Assembly: GCA_964483785.1 (NCBI GenBank)
Contig: CAZACW010000002.1
Coordinates: 16,666 to 80,665, forward strand
Direction of reading: 5' to 3'
Origin: an uncultured Planctomycetales bacterium
Lineage (GTDB): Bacteria > Omnitrophota > Gorgyraeia > Zapsychrales > Fredricksoniimonadaceae
Length of the DNA stretch: 64,000 nt
Of this stretch, positions 1 to 9,647 are shown piece after piece. Within the stretch, counting starts at the first letter, position 1, and the number at the start of each line of letters is the position of its first letter. The translations under genes were made by a program, and so were the position numbers. A model generated the notes under the pieces. The model made no database searches. It was not told where the DNA came from and worked only from the letters and a program-made list of their open reading frames with translations.

Positions 1-8
1 ATGTTTGG

Positions 9-1259
9 GTGGTGCCGCATTTGACCATGGGCCATGATCGAATGGGTCTGGGCTTCCTGACCACCTATCTGGCCGTGTTTTTCGTCGGCGCCCATTTGGT
101 CTGGAATATCAAAGATAAGATGTTGTCCAGCGCCCTGGCAGCGTCGAATTTCGGCAATCTGGCCCTTTACAGCGCCCTGTCCTACCCGCTGATATTCAGA
201 TTGTATTATGACCAGCGCTTTGAAATTATCCTGGCCGAGGGCATCATTTATCTTTTGTCCGCCTATCTTATCAAAAGGCTGGGTCAGCAAAAATTGTTTA
301 TCAGCGATATTGTGGCCGGAGTTTTTGCCGTCACCTACGCGCTGTCCTTGAAATTCGTCCCGTCAACGTCCATCATCCTTTGGCTGATCGAAGTCCCGTG
401 CTTATTGTTCATCAGCATTAATTTTAAGGAAAAGGTGTACAGGTATCTGGCCTATGCCCTGGCTGTGGTGGTCAGCTTGCGGATTTATGCCTTGCATCTC
501 TTCGGTCATTTGCCGGACATTGAATTTTTGTGGGCGGCGCTATCTATGGCCGGATGTTTCGGCATGACGCAGTATCTGTTGAAAGAAGAGGACAAAGACC
601 ACAGGGACGAGCTCTTTGACCAGCTTTTTTCCTTATCAGCGTGCCTTTATATGTTCAGCTGGATTTGGACCTGGGTCGATCAGCCTTACAAGTCCTTTGT
701 CATGTCCTTGCAAGGATGGATTTATCTGGTCATCGGCGCGCTTTTGAATCAAAGGCGCTTCAGGGCCTATGCCTATGCCGCGTTTGCAGGCTCAGTCCTC
801 ATATTTGTGATTGAACAGCTCTATGTCAATTCTGAAGTTTTGAAATGGTTTATCATAGGCTTTGATGTCTTGTCCATCCTGGGCTTATACCGCGTGGTCA
901 ATTATGTGAAGCAGAATTATCCCAAACATATTTTTATGGAATATGAGGAAGAGCTCGCCTTTGGCGCCGGGCTCATTGTTCTGGTTGATGCGATATTCCA
1001 ATATGCGGCGGCGCCATGGATATCATTGAGTTTGGGGTGTGCCAGCGTCGCCTTGATTTTAGCGGGCTTTGTCAGCGGTTTTAAAACCGAGCGTCTGGGG
1101 GGCATGGCCTTGCTGGCCCTGACCTTGGGCCGAGTCGTTTTAGTGGACCTCTCGGGCCTGGACATCATTTTTAAAATCATCACCTTGATTGTTTTGGGGA
1201 TCTTGTTTTTAGGTGTATCTTATGTCTATAACCGGTTCAACATTAAAAAGAACGAATAA
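9..1259 (+). CDS. Polytopic membrane protein, DUF2339-like (probably 5'-truncated by the window edge)
   Basis: Many hydrophobic segments; C-terminal 'GRVVLVDLSGLDIIFKIITLIVLGILFLGVSYVYNR' resembles the DUF2339 C-terminal motif. Confidence 0.65.
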   Translation: MVPHLTMGHDRMGLGFLTTYLAVFFVGAHLVWNIKDKMLSSALAASNFGNLALYSALSYPLIFRLYYDQRFEIILAEGIIYLLSAYLIKRLGQQKLFISDIVAGVFAVTYALSLKFVPSTSIILWLIEVPCLLFISINFKEKVYRYLAYALAVVVSLRIYALHLFGHLPDIEFLWAALSMAGCFGMTQYLLKEEDKDHRDELFDQLFSLSACLYMFSWIWTWVDQPYKSFVMSLQGWIYLVIGALLNQRRFRAYAYAAFAGSVLIFVIEQLYVNSEVLKWFIIGFDVLSILGLYRVVNYVKQNYPKHIFMEYEEELAFGAGLIVLVDAIFQYAAAPWISLSLGCASVALILAGFVSGFKTERLGGMALLALTLGRVVLVDLSGLDIIFKIITLIVLGILFLGVSYVYNRFNIKKNE

Positions 1260-1270
1260 AAGGAGCCAAG

Positions 1271-2089
1271 ATGGGATTTATAAAAAGATTGGCAAACGGC
1301 TGGAAATTGTCCCTGATCAGTTTCCAGTTGATTGACAGCCATAAAGAGCTGCTTTTGTTTCCCCTCTTATCCACGATCTCTTTGCTGGGCATGGGAGTGA
1401 GTTTTATCTTTTGCGCCGGCTCTTTTTCGGGTGGGTATGAAGGTTATCATGGATCGGGATCCGCGACCCAATATCTTTTATTATTGGCCTTCTATTTGAT
1501 CAATGCTTTTGTGACTATATTTTTTAATGTGGCCTTGATCCACTGTACCTTTAAGATATTGAAAGGGGAACAGGCGACAATCAGCGAAGGCGTGGCGTTC
1601 AGTTCGTCCCGCTTGAATTTAATATTATCTTGGTCCTTGGTATCTGCCACCGTCAATGTCGTATTAAAACTTATCGAGAAGCGCAGCATTCTTTTGACAG
1701 GCATGATTACAAGAATGTTCGGGATGCTCTGGTCACTGGCCACTTTTTTGGTCATTCCCGTGATGGTGTATGAAAATTTGGATGTTGGTGCCGCCATCAA
1801 GCGTTCTGCGCAGTTATTTAAGGAAACTTGGGGAGAAAACGTGGCAGCCGGGTTTAGTTTCGAGGCCATTGGATTTATTATATTCTTGGCATCATTCATT
1901 TGTTTAGGCAGTTTAATGCTTCCCAACCATTGGTTCCTTTATTTGGCTGTCATGGTCCTGGTCGGTTCAATCATCTACACGGTCATTTCTGCAGTTGAGA
2001 CCGTATTCTTGGCCATGATGTATCAATACGCGACAAAAGATCCGGTCGAAAAAGATGCGATGATGAAATTCGGGGACGTATTCAAATAA
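1271..2089 (+). CDS. Membrane protein, DUF6159-like
   Basis: RBS AGGAG at 1261; motifs 'KELLLFP', 'WSLATFLVIPV..E', 'AIKRS..LFKETWGE' typical of this family. Confidence 0.65.
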   Translation: MGFIKRLANGWKLSLISFQLIDSHKELLLFPLLSTISLLGMGVSFIFCAGSFSGGYEGYHGSGSATQYLLLLAFYLINAFVTIFFNVALIHCTFKILKGEQATISEGVAFSSSRLNLILSWSLVSATVNVVLKLIEKRSILLTGMITRMFGMLWSLATFLVIPVMVYENLDVGAAIKRSAQLFKETWGENVAAGFSFEAIGFIIFLASFICLGSLMLPNHWFLYLAVMVLVGSIIYTVISAVETVFLAMMYQYATKDPVEKDAMMKFGDVFK

Positions 2090-2126
2090 TGGGTCCGATT
2101 GCAACACATTGAAAGGTCGCTTTAGT

Positions 2127-2155
2127 TTGTTCGCTCCCAAAAGGCGTGTTATAAT
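2127..2155 (+). promoter_or_regulatory. Putative sigma70 promoter with extended -10 for the TA islet
   Basis: TGtTATAAT at 2147-2155, with TTGTTC 17 bp upstream of the -10 hexamer. Confidence 0.45.
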
Positions 2156-2181
2156 TTAGATGTTTTGGAAAGGATGAGATA

Positions 2182-2277
2182 ATGGAATCGATTAGAGAAG
2201 TCATGCTGGCGAGCGAATCCGTCCTTAAAAAAGATTGGGATCTCTCCCAAGAAGATAAGGCGTGGCAAGATATATAA
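2182..2277 (+). CDS. 31-aa mini-ORF matching the C-terminal motif of DUF2281-type antitoxins
   Basis: Hand translation MESIREVMLASESVLKKDWDLSQEDKAWQDI*; the 'ASE..L.KDW....ED.AW.D' motif is characteristic; AGGA upstream. Confidence 0.55.
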   Translation: MESIREVMLASESVLKKDWDLSQEDKAWQDI

Positions 2278-2302
2278 GGGTCATTTTTGATTAAGGATCA
2301 GT

Positions 2303-2755
2303 GTGAATAAAGAAAAGCTTTATTTCGATACATCTGTTCCAAGCGCGTATTATGATAAACGTACTAAAGAACGCATGGAATTGACCAAAGAATTTTGGGG
2401 AAAATTGAAAACGTATGAGCTTTATGTTTCAACCCTTGTTCTTGATTAATTGAATCAAGCTGATCCAGCAAGTTTAAAAAAGAATCTATTAGGCCTCGTT
2501 AATAAATGTGAAGTTTTGGAATTAGATGGAGAAGTTGAAGATTTAGCTGAAAAGTATGTAAAAGCGGGCATTTTGCCGCAAAAATATTTTAATGATGCTT
2601 TGCATATCGCCGTAGCCGTTGTGAATGGTATCAAATTTCTTGTGAGTTGGAACTTTAAGCATTTTGTGAATGTCAAGACACGTCATATGGTTAATTTGAT
2701 CAACCATCAGGAAGGTTATGGAGTTATTGAAATTATTGCGCCACCTGAACTTTAA
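2303..2755 (+). pseudogene. PIN-domain (VapC-like) toxin interrupted by an in-frame TAA at 2447-2449
   Basis: GTG 2303 gives 'KLYFDTSVPSAYYD...STLVLD*LNQA...DALHIAVAV...LVSWNFKH...I.APPEL' in one frame; the supplied ORF 2450..2755 is only the 3' part. Confidence 0.8.
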
Positions 2756-2769
2756 AAGGAGGGATAAAT

Positions 2770-2949
2770 ATGTTTAATATTAATAAAGCCATTAAAGATT
2801 CTGGTCTTTCAAAATTAGAAATCACGCGCTTACAGAAGGAAATCAAGAAAGATTATCCCCATGACTCAATGTTATATGAATTGCATATGATCAGAGCATT
2901 GAGAGCAAAGAAGCTAAGAAGCAGTGTGTCAATCGCACATAAGGCTTAA
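2770..2949 (+). CDS. 59-aa small protein, putative antitoxin partner of the PIN gene
   Basis: Strong RBS AGGAGG; MFNINKAIKDSGLSKLEITRLQKEIKKDYPHDSMLYELHMIRALRAKK...; below the ORF-track cutoff; function inferred from position. Confidence 0.55.
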   Translation: MFNINKAIKDSGLSKLEITRLQKEIKKDYPHDSMLYELHMIRALRAKKLRSSVSIAHKA

Positions 2950-2954
2950 TTGGA

Positions 2955-3242
2955 ATGATGCTTTATATAACCGAAGCCAAATATCTTGAAGATTATAAGA
3001 TCCGAGTTGTTTTCAATGACGGAAAACAAGGTGTGGCTGATTTATTTGATGCCTTGCGCGGACCGGTTTTCATTCCCCTTAAAGACAAGAAATTATTTGC
3101 GCAGCTATGTGTCGATAAAGAAATGGAAACGATTGCGTGGCCCAATGGGGAGGATCTCGCTCCGGAATATGTTTATTTTAGGGCTTTTAAAGATGTTCCT
3201 GAATTGCAGAAGCAGTTTCAAGAATGGGGGTATAAAGATTAA
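2955..3242 (+). CDS. DUF2442 family protein (TA-associated)
   Basis: 'YKIRVVFNDGKQG..DL....GPVF.PL.D...F......TIAWPNG.DLAPE' motif. Confidence 0.85.
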   Translation: MMLYITEAKYLEDYKIRVVFNDGKQGVADLFDALRGPVFIPLKDKKLFAQLCVDKEMETIAWPNGEDLAPEYVYFRAFKDVPELQKQFQEWGYKD

Positions 3243-3282
3243 AAATGCCACCTTTGATAAAACGATGGGGCAAGGCCGCCTT

Positions 3283-6200
3283 TTAATACCCCAAATTAGG
3301 CCCGAGCCATTTTTCGGCGGCTTCCTTGGTCATGTTTTTGCGGCGGGCGTAGTCTAAGACCTGGTCCTGGGCGATTTTGCCGATGGCAAAATATTTGGAC
3401 TGCGGATGGGCCAGGTAAAAGCCGCAGACCGCGGCGGTGGGATACATCGCGAAGCTTTCCGTCAGGGTGATGCCGGTGTTTTGGGTGGCATCCAAAAGCC
3501 TGAACAAGGTCTCTTTCTCCGTATGATCAGGGCAGGCCGGATAACCCGGCGCCGGGCGGATACTGCGGTATTGGCCCAGGAGGATCTGTTCTTCGGTCAA
3601 ATGCTCGTCCTTGGCAAATCCCCACAGATTTTTGCGCACCATCTCATGCATCAATTCCGCAAAGGCCTCAGCCAGGCGGTCTGACACGGCCTTGGCCATG
3701 ATGCTTTTATAATCATCGTGGTCATCTTCAAATGTTTTGACCAAGGCATCCAGGCCGACACCCGTGGTCACGGCAAAGGCGCCGATATAATCCTTTACTC
3801 CGGATGATTTCGGCGCAATATAATCCGCGTGGGACAAGAGGGGCTGGGCCTCGCTGACCTTGATCTGCTGGCGCAGATTATACAAGACATCCAGCACTTC
3901 ACGCCGGTCATCGTTGGTATACAGCTCAATATCATCATCGACGGAATTGGCCGGGAAAAACCCGACCACGGCATTGGCCCGCAGGAGTTTTTTCTTGATG
4001 ATTTCATCCAAAAGCAAGTTGGCATCGTTATACACCCGCAGGGCCTCGGCGCCCAGCACAGGGTCTTTGAGGATCTGCGGGAATTTGCCCTTCAATTCCC
4101 AGGTGATGAAAAAGGGCGACCAGTCGATCTTTTGGCGGATCAGATTCAGATCAAAACCGGCAAAGACCTTTAAGCCCAGGAAGGACGGTTTGGTGATCTG
4201 GACTTTTTTCCAGTCGGTCGTCAGGCCTTGTTTACGGGCCTCGGCAATGGGTACAAAATTTTTGACGGATTGACGGCTGGCATGTTCCTGGCGCAGACGC
4301 TCGAATTCAACCCTGGTTTTTTCCACCAGTTCTTTTTTCAGCCGCGGTTCCATCAAACTGCGGCAGGCGCCCACACAGCGGGAAGCGTCCTTGCTGTGGA
4401 TCACCGGATGCTGATACGCGGGCGCGATCTTGACTGCTGTATGCGCCGGCGAGGTGGTGGCCCCGCCGATCATCAGGGGCAGGGTAAAGCCCAAGCGCTG
4501 CATTTCACCGGCCACATGCACCATTTCATCCAGGGAAGGAGTGATCAGGCCTGAAAGGCCGACCACATCCGCCTTTTGGTGTTTGGCGGTTTCCAGGATT
4601 TTGGCGCAGGGGACCATCACGCCCAGATCGATGATTTTAAATCCGTTGCAGGCCAGCACAACACCAACGATGTTTTTGCCGATATCATGCACATCGCCCT
4701 TGACCGTGGCCAGTACAACGGTGCCCGCGACCTTTCCGCCAGGGGCGGATCCGCCTGCGGCGGAGGCTTCCTGGCCCTTCTCTTTTTCAATGTATGGGCT
4801 TAAATAAGCCACGGCCTTTTTCATCACCCGGGCAGACTTGACCACCTGGGGCAAAAACAGTTTGCCTGAACCGAACAGATCGCCGACCACATTCATCCCG
4901 GCCATCAAGGGCCCCTCGATCACATCCAGGGGGCGTTTGGATTGGCGCCTGGCCTCTTCGGTATCCGCTTCGATAAAATCCACAATGCCTTTGACCAAGG
5001 CATGGGAGAGCCTTTCCTGCACCGGCCAAGAGCGCCAGGCCACATCTTCTTCCTTTTTTTCGCCCTTGGATTTCACGTTTTGGCTAAACGCTACCAGCCG
5101 CTCCGTGGCATCAGCCCGGCGGTTCTGCAGAACATCCTCGATCAACTCCAGAAGATCGCGGGGGATCTCGGCATAGACGCTGATCATGCCGGCATTCACA
5201 ATGCCCATATCCATGCCGGCCTGGATGGCGTGATACAGAAAAACGGAATGCATGGCCTCGCGCACCGGATCATTGCCGCGGAAGGAAAAGGAGACATTGG
5301 ACACCCCGCCGGAAATCAAACAGCCTGGGCAGGCTTCCTTGATTTGGCGGACGGCCTCAAAATAATCCTTGGCGTAATTATTGTGCTCTTCGATGCCGGT
5401 GGCCACGGCAAAGATATTGGGATCAAAGATGATGTCCTGGGGCGCAAAGCCGATCTCCTGGGTGAGGATCTTATACGCGCGCCGGCAGATGGCCACACGC
5501 CGCTCGACGCTGTCTGCCTGGCCCTGCTCATCAAAGGCCATGACCACGGCCGCGGCCCCGTAATACAAGACCTTTTGCGCCTGTTCCTTGAAAGGCGCTT
5601 CGCCTTCCTTGAGGCTGATGGAATTGACGATGGATTTGCCCTGCGCGCATTTTAAGCCAGCCTCAATCACCGGCCATTTGGAAGAGTCGATCATCAGCGG
5701 CACGCGGGCGATATCCGGTTCGGAGGCGATGAGATTCAAGAATTTGGTCATGGCCTCGACGGAATTGAGCATGGCCTCATCCATGTTCACGTCAATGATC
5801 TGCGCGCCGTTGTCCACCTGCTGGCGGGCCACGGCCAGCGCCTCATCGAATTGTCCGGCGATGATCAGCCGGGCGAATTGCTTGGAGCCGGTGACATTGG
5901 TGCGCTCGCCCACATTGATAAAATTGCTGTCCTTGCGCACGAGCAGGGGCTCAAGACCGGAAAATGAGCTCAAAGGCGTGAGGGAAGGCCGCTTCCTGGG
6001 TTGAAGGCCCTTGACCGCCTCAGCCATGGCCTGGATATGCGCCGGTGTTGTGCCGCAGCAGCCGCCGAGAATATTGAGAAAGCGGCTTTCAGCGAATTCC
6101 CTGACAATGGCGGACATTTCCCCGGCTTGCAGATCATAATCGCCGAAAGCATTGGGAAGCCCGGCATTGGGATAACAGCTGATGAAGCAATCCGCGATCC

Positions 6201-6996
6201 TGGAGAGCTCCTCGATGTAGGGCCGCATTTCCTTGGGGCCCAGGGCGCAATTTAACCCGACGGCCAATGGTTTGGCATGCTTGATGGATATCCAGAAAGC
6301 CTCGGTGGTCTGGCCGGACAGGGTGCGGCCCGAGGCATCGGTGATGGTGCCGGAAATGATCAAGGGCAGGCGGGTGCCGATCTGATCGGAAACCGTTGCA
6401 TACGCATAAATCGCGGCCTTGGCATTGAGCGTGTCAAAAATGGTTTCAATCAGGATCAGATCAACCCCGCCCTCGATCAGGCCTTTGAGCTGTTCGCTGT
6501 ACGCCTCAACCAGTTGGTCAAAGGTGATGCCGCGCAAGGCCGGATTATTCACATCCGGCGAAATGGAGGCGGTGCGCGTGGTGGGGCCGAGGGCGCCGGC
6601 CACAAAGCGCGGTTTGGCAGGATCAGCCTTGGTCATTTGCCGGGCGGCTTCCTTGGCCAATTTGGCCGCGGCCTTATTCAGCTCATGGACCAATCCTTCC
6701 ATTTTATAATCTGCCATGCTGATGCGATTGCTGTTGAATGTATTGGTCTCAATGATGTCAGCGCCTGCCGCCAAATATTGACGGTGAATGTCCTGGATAA
6801 TGGCAGGCTGGGTCAGGACCAGAAGATCGTTATTGCCTTTCAGATCCACCGGCCAGTCCTTGAAACGATCGCCGCGGTATTGCTGTTCATTGAGCTTGTG
6901 TTTTTGCACCATGGTGCCCATGGCCCCGTCCAGTATCAGGACGCGCTCTTTGAGCAAGCTTTGAAGCGCTTCAAATTGTTTGGCCAGGGGGGTCAT
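3283..6996 (-). CDS. metH: Cobalamin-dependent methionine synthase
   Basis: 1237 aa; [33 protein letters not shown]12 motif, [12 protein letters not shown] reactivation domain. Confidence 0.98.
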   Translation of the reverse strand: MTPLAKQFEALQSLLKERVLILDGAMGTMVQKHKLNEQQYRGDRFKDWPVDLKGNNDLLVLTQPAIIQDIHRQYLAAGADIIETNTFNSNRISMADYKMEGLVHELNKAAAKLAKEAARQMTKADPAKPRFVAGALGPTTRTASISPDVNNPALRGITFDQLVEAYSEQLKGLIEGGVDLILIETIFDTLNAKAAIYAYATVSDQIGTRLPLIISGTITDASGRTLSGQTTEAFWISIKHAKPLAVGLNCALGPKEMRPYIEELSRIADCFISCYPNAGLPNAFGDYDLQAGEMSAIVREFAESRFLNILGGCCGTTPAHIQAMAEAVKGLQPRKRPSLTPLSSFSGLEPLLVRKDSNFINVGERTNVTGSKQFARLIIAGQFDEALAVARQQVDNGAQIIDVNMDEAMLNSVEAMTKFLNLIASEPDIARVPLMIDSSKWPVIEAGLKCAQGKSIVNSISLKEGEAPFKEQAQKVLYYGAAAVVMAFDEQGQADSVERRVAICRRAYKILTQEIGFAPQDIIFDPNIFAVATGIEEHNNYAKDYFEAVRQIKEACPGCLISGGVSNVSFSFRGNDPVREAMHSVFLYHAIQAGMDMGIVNAGMISVYAEIPRDLLELIEDVLQNRRADATERLVAFSQNVKSKGEKKEEDVAWRSWPVQERLSHALVKGIVDFIEADTEEARRQSKRPLDVIEGPLMAGMNVVGDLFGSGKLFLPQVVKSARVMKKAVAYLSPYIEKEKGQEASAAGGSAPGGKVAGTVVLATVKGDVHDIGKNIVGVVLACNGFKIIDLGVMVPCAKILETAKHQKADVVGLSGLITPSLDEMVHVAGEMQRLGFTLPLMIGGATTSPAHTAVKIAPAYQHPVIHSKDASRCVGACRSLMEPRLKKELVEKTRVEFERLRQEHASRQSVKNFVPIAEARKQGLTTDWKKVQITKPSFLGLKVFAGFDLNLIRQKIDWSPFFITWELKGKFPQILKDPVLGAEALRVYNDANLLLDEIIKKKLLRANAVVGFFPANSVDDDIELYTNDDRREVLDVLYNLRQQIKVSEAQPLLSHADYIAPKSSGVKDYIGAFAVTTGVGLDALVKTFEDDHDDYKSIMAKAVSDRLAEAFAELMHEMVRKNLWGFAKDEHLTEEQILLGQYRSIRPAPGYPACPDHTEKETLFRLLDATQNTGITLTESFAMYPTAAVCGFYLAHPQSKYFAIGKIAQDQVLDYARRKNMTKEAAEKWLGPNLGY
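4735..4764. repeat. Tandem pair of 15-bp hairpins (TCCGCC-NNN-GGCGGA)x2, in frame within metH
   Basis: tccgccaggggcgga tccgcctgcggcgga; the minus strand encodes [10 protein letters not shown] just before the B12-binding domain. Confidence 0.8.
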
Positions 6997-7874
6997 GGGT
7001 TTAAAGTTTTGAGGATCACATCCACCGGATGGATTTTATTGAGCGTATAAAAATGCAGGCCCGGCGCCCCGCCGGATAAAAGCCCCTGGGCTTGTTCGAT
7101 GCAGAATCTGGTCCCTGCCTCGAGGGTTTTGGCGCGGTCCTCGGCGATGGGCTTAAAAATCGCATGGACCCTGTCCGGAATCGATGCCCCGCACAGGGCG
7201 CAGAAGCGCACCAGCCCGGGATAATCCGTGATCGGCAAAATCCCGGGGATAATGCGGGTCCCAACGCCTAATTTTTTCAAGCGCGCCACATAGTCGAAAT
7301 AATCCTGGTTATCGAAAAATAGCTGGGTGATGACAAAATCCGCGCCGTGGGCGATTTTATTTTTGAGATACTGGGCGTCCAAATTACGGTCAGGGCAGAG
7401 CAGATGGCCCTCGGGAAAACCCGCCACCCCGATATTGAAATCACTGCCGAAATGCTCCCGGATATAGGCCACCAATTCGAAACTAAAGTTAAAATGCTCC
7501 GGCCCCGGCTTCCAGTCGGGATTCTCCTTTGGGGGGTCTCCTCTTAGGGCCAGCACATTGCAGATCTTGCGCTGTTTCATCTCCTGCAAAATGCCCTTGA
7601 TCTCATCCCTGGTATGCATGACGCAGGTGATATGGGCCATGGAAGGCACGCGCAGGTCATTTTGAATGTGGTCTACAATGTCCAGGGTCTTGGCCCTGCT
7701 CCCACCGCCGGCGCCGTAGGTGCAGGAGATGAAATCCGGCTTCAAGGCGCAGAAATCCGGGACCATTTTCAGGAATTTCAAATGGCCTTCCTCGGTTTTC
7801 GGCGGGAAAAACTCAAAGGAAAAGGTCCGGCCTTTTTCCTTGAATATATTTTGGATTTTGGACATGGGGGTCAT
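6993..7874 (-). CDS. metF: 5,10-methylenetetrahydrofolate reductase
   Basis: [38 protein letters not shown] motifs; 4-bp overlap with metH. Confidence 0.97.
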   Translation of the reverse strand: MTPMSKIQNIFKEKGRTFSFEFFPPKTEEGHLKFLKMVPDFCALKPDFISCTYGAGGGSRAKTLDIVDHIQNDLRVPSMAHITCVMHTRDEIKGILQEMKQRKICNVLALRGDPPKENPDWKPGPEHFNFSFELVAYIREHFGSDFNIGVAGFPEGHLLCPDRNLDAQYLKNKIAHGADFVITQLFFDNQDYFDYVARLKKLGVGTRIIPGILPITDYPGLVRFCALCGASIPDRVHAIFKPIAEDRAKTLEAGTRFCIEQAQGLLSGGAPGLHFYTLNKIHPVDVILKTLNP

Positions 7875-9253
7875 TATATCTTATTTTGCTTGCTTTGGGA
7901 GGCTAATTTTTGGTCAGCCCAGAGGCCCAGGGCGATTAAATAGAGAGGGGCCAAAGGCAGGGCGTAGCGGGTGAGGATAAAGAAGAAGGCAAAGAACAGG
8001 ATATAGAGAAGGATGAGCCATCGGATGAAGGAGGCCAGCATGGACCCTGATTTGGGAGGCGCAAACCATAATCTGATCCAGGCAGCCAAGGACAGCAGGG
8101 ACATCAGGAAGCGCAGGGCATTATTCAACAGCTTCATATCATAAATTTTCTCAAGCCATGCAGGATACTCGACAAAGCCGATCTTGGTGGATTCCCAAAA
8201 GAACATTTTCAAGCCTTCGAGGGCGGTCAGGACAAAATACTGAAAAGGATTGTGCAGGGCCTGCTGGACCGAGGCCTTAAGCAAGGCGGTATTCATGGCT
8301 TCGGGCGGCAGGTTTTGGCCGATCATTTCAGTATTTTTAGCGTAGCCTAATCGATCAGATTCCTGAAAGGACCAGAAAGCGCAATCCTGCGCGCTGAAGT
8401 GGCTGGCGCAAACCCCTTCCCCGGGCACATAGGCCAGGCCCGCCGCGAATCTTTGAGGGGTCAGGGGCTCGACCCTGCGTGCGGTACTGCCGTAAAGGGC
8501 CCAGGCGCCGCGGTTGGTGACAGCGTAATGGCCGTTGTATTTGAGATTTAATCCTTTATAGGCCGTGATTGGGACATAGTAAAAGGCAAGGCCGGCGGCC
8601 AGGCCGAGCAAAAGGGGGATGATATGAAAGGAGCGCTGTCTGAGCATATTGACCGACGAGACCACGGCCCAAATTAGCAGATAGGCCGGGCTGATGCATT
8701 CAAACACTGCCTTGACCAAGGTCGCGGCCAGGAGCATGAAGCCCAATAAGGCGCCGTAGGCAATTGACCTTGGGATATCGTTTTTCGTCACCGCTTTCCA
8801 GGCCGCGTGGCTAAAGAGGATGATGCCCAGGACCAAGGGAAACGCGGCGATTTCCGAATAGAGGCTGAAGGCCGCGTTATTAAGGGCAGGTGAAACGGCC
8901 AGATAGGCCAGCACCAGGGCACAGATGCCTTCGCGGACTTTCAAATGGCGCAGAATGAGATAGGTCAGAAGCTGGGTCAAGAACATCAGGACCATGCCGA
9001 AGATGGCCATGAACTGGACATAGGCCCAGCCAGTCACCTGTTCCAGATGCATGGCAATGGAGATCAAAAAGGGATACAAAGGCTCGCGATTGGGCCCGGT
9101 TTTAAAATAGGCGATCCATCCGTCTGTATAGAGCAATTTCCCCAGCTCTTGATAGCCGATGGCATCAAAGGCAAGGATCATCTTGGTAGCCAGGCTCAGA
9201 TAGGTCCAGTAGGCGATGGAGAGGATAAAAACTATGACAGTCGGCATTTGCAT
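7874..9253 (-). CDS. Polytopic membrane protein, GT-C/ArnT-PMT-like glycosyltransferase
   Basis: N-terminal TM then 'D..GY', 'REPLYP', 'SE', late 'RY..P..P' pattern typical of GT-C fold proteins. Confidence 0.55.
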   Translation of the reverse strand: MQMPTVIVFILSIAYWTYLSLATKMILAFDAIGYQELGKLLYTDGWIAYFKTGPNREPLYPFLISIAMHLEQVTGWAYVQFMAIFGMVLMFLTQLLTYLILRHLKVREGICALVLAYLAVSPALNNAAFSLYSEIAAFPLVLGIILFSHAAWKAVTKNDIPRSIAYGALLGFMLLAATLVKAVFECISPAYLLIWAVVSSVNMLRQRSFHIIPLLLGLAAGLAFYYVPITAYKGLNLKYNGHYAVTNRGAWALYGSTARRVEPLTPQRFAAGLAYVPGEGVCASHFSAQDCAFWSFQESDRLGYAKNTEMIGQNLPPEAMNTALLKASVQQALHNPFQYFVLTALEGLKMFFWESTKIGFVEYPAWLEKIYDMKLLNNALRFLMSLLSLAAWIRLWFAPPKSGSMLASFIRWLILLYILFFAFFFILTRYALPLAPLYLIALGLWADQKLASQSKQNKI

Positions 9254-9271
9254 ACAATTATTTTAATACCA

Positions 9272-9300
9272 ACCATCACAACCCCGGGGGTTGTGATGGT
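9272..9300. repeat. 29-bp palindrome copy 1 (C4G5 orientation)
   Basis: accatcacaa-ccccggggg-ttgtgatggt. Confidence 0.95.
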
Positions 9301-9315
9301 GTCTGCATTGTTTGT

Positions 9316-9344
9316 ATCATATCAATATCGGACTTTTTAGACAA
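9316..9344 (-). promoter_or_regulatory. Putative sigma70 promoter for the GT-C/metF/metH operon
   Basis: Minus strand TTGTCT-17 bp-TATGAT with TG extension. Confidence 0.55.
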
Positions 9345-9386
9345 GTAGGGGATCAATTATGTAAGTTTGACATAACGCCATCTGTC

Positions 9387-9536
9387 GGAATGCAAGAATA
9401 TGTTTTTTCACCGCGACGCGCCCCCCAACCCCCCAAACGCGGCGCGTCGGAGCTACAAAAGAGAACATTTGTAAGCAGCTCCTGTGCGCCTGGGGGGAGA
9501 GCGCATCGCCTTATCAAAAACATATTCTTGCATTCC
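9387..9536. mobile_element. 150-bp MITE-like or structured-RNA element with perfect 21-bp terminal inverted repeats
   Basis: ggaatgcaagaatatgttttt (9387-9407) / aaaaacatattcttgcattcc (9516-9536); three internal hairpins; the right end recurs at 21144-21162. Confidence 0.6.
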
Positions 9537-9543
9537 TTAAAAA

Positions 9544-9572
9544 ACCATCACAACCCCCGGGGTTGTGATGGT
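9544..9572. repeat. 29-bp palindrome copy 2 (C5G4 orientation)
   Basis: accatcacaa-cccccgggg-ttgtgatggt. Confidence 0.95.
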
Positions 9573-9598
9573 GGGGCGTGTATAATTTTTTATTTATA

Positions 9599-9626
9599 TT
9601 GACATGTTAAAGGCCGCTCTTATAAT
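9599..9626 (+). promoter_or_regulatory. Consensus sigma70 promoter of the glycan locus
   Basis: TTGACA (9599-9604), 16 bp, TATAAT (9621-9626). Confidence 0.8.
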
Positions 9627-9644
9627 GTTCATATATTGAACATT
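9624..9644. promoter_or_regulatory. Candidate operator for the MarR-type regulator
   Basis: AATGTTCA-tatat-TGAACATT perfect 8-bp inverted repeat overlapping -10/+1. Confidence 0.65.
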
Positions 9645-9647
9645 GCC

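Noticed and set aside
2090-3282. Integron cassette array explanation for the TA islet
   Set aside because: No attC-like sites are recognisable in the very short spacers and there is no integrase.
9367-9372. TTGACA just upstream of the 150-bp element as its promoter
   Set aside because: No acceptable -10 hexamer 16-18 bp downstream.
9312-9602. 96-aa ORF across the structured intergenic region (also ORFs 8945..9340, 21026..21211, 52255..52497)
   Set aside because: They are read-throughs of the palindromes (HHNPRGCDG / TITTPGVVMV) with no RBS or family motif.
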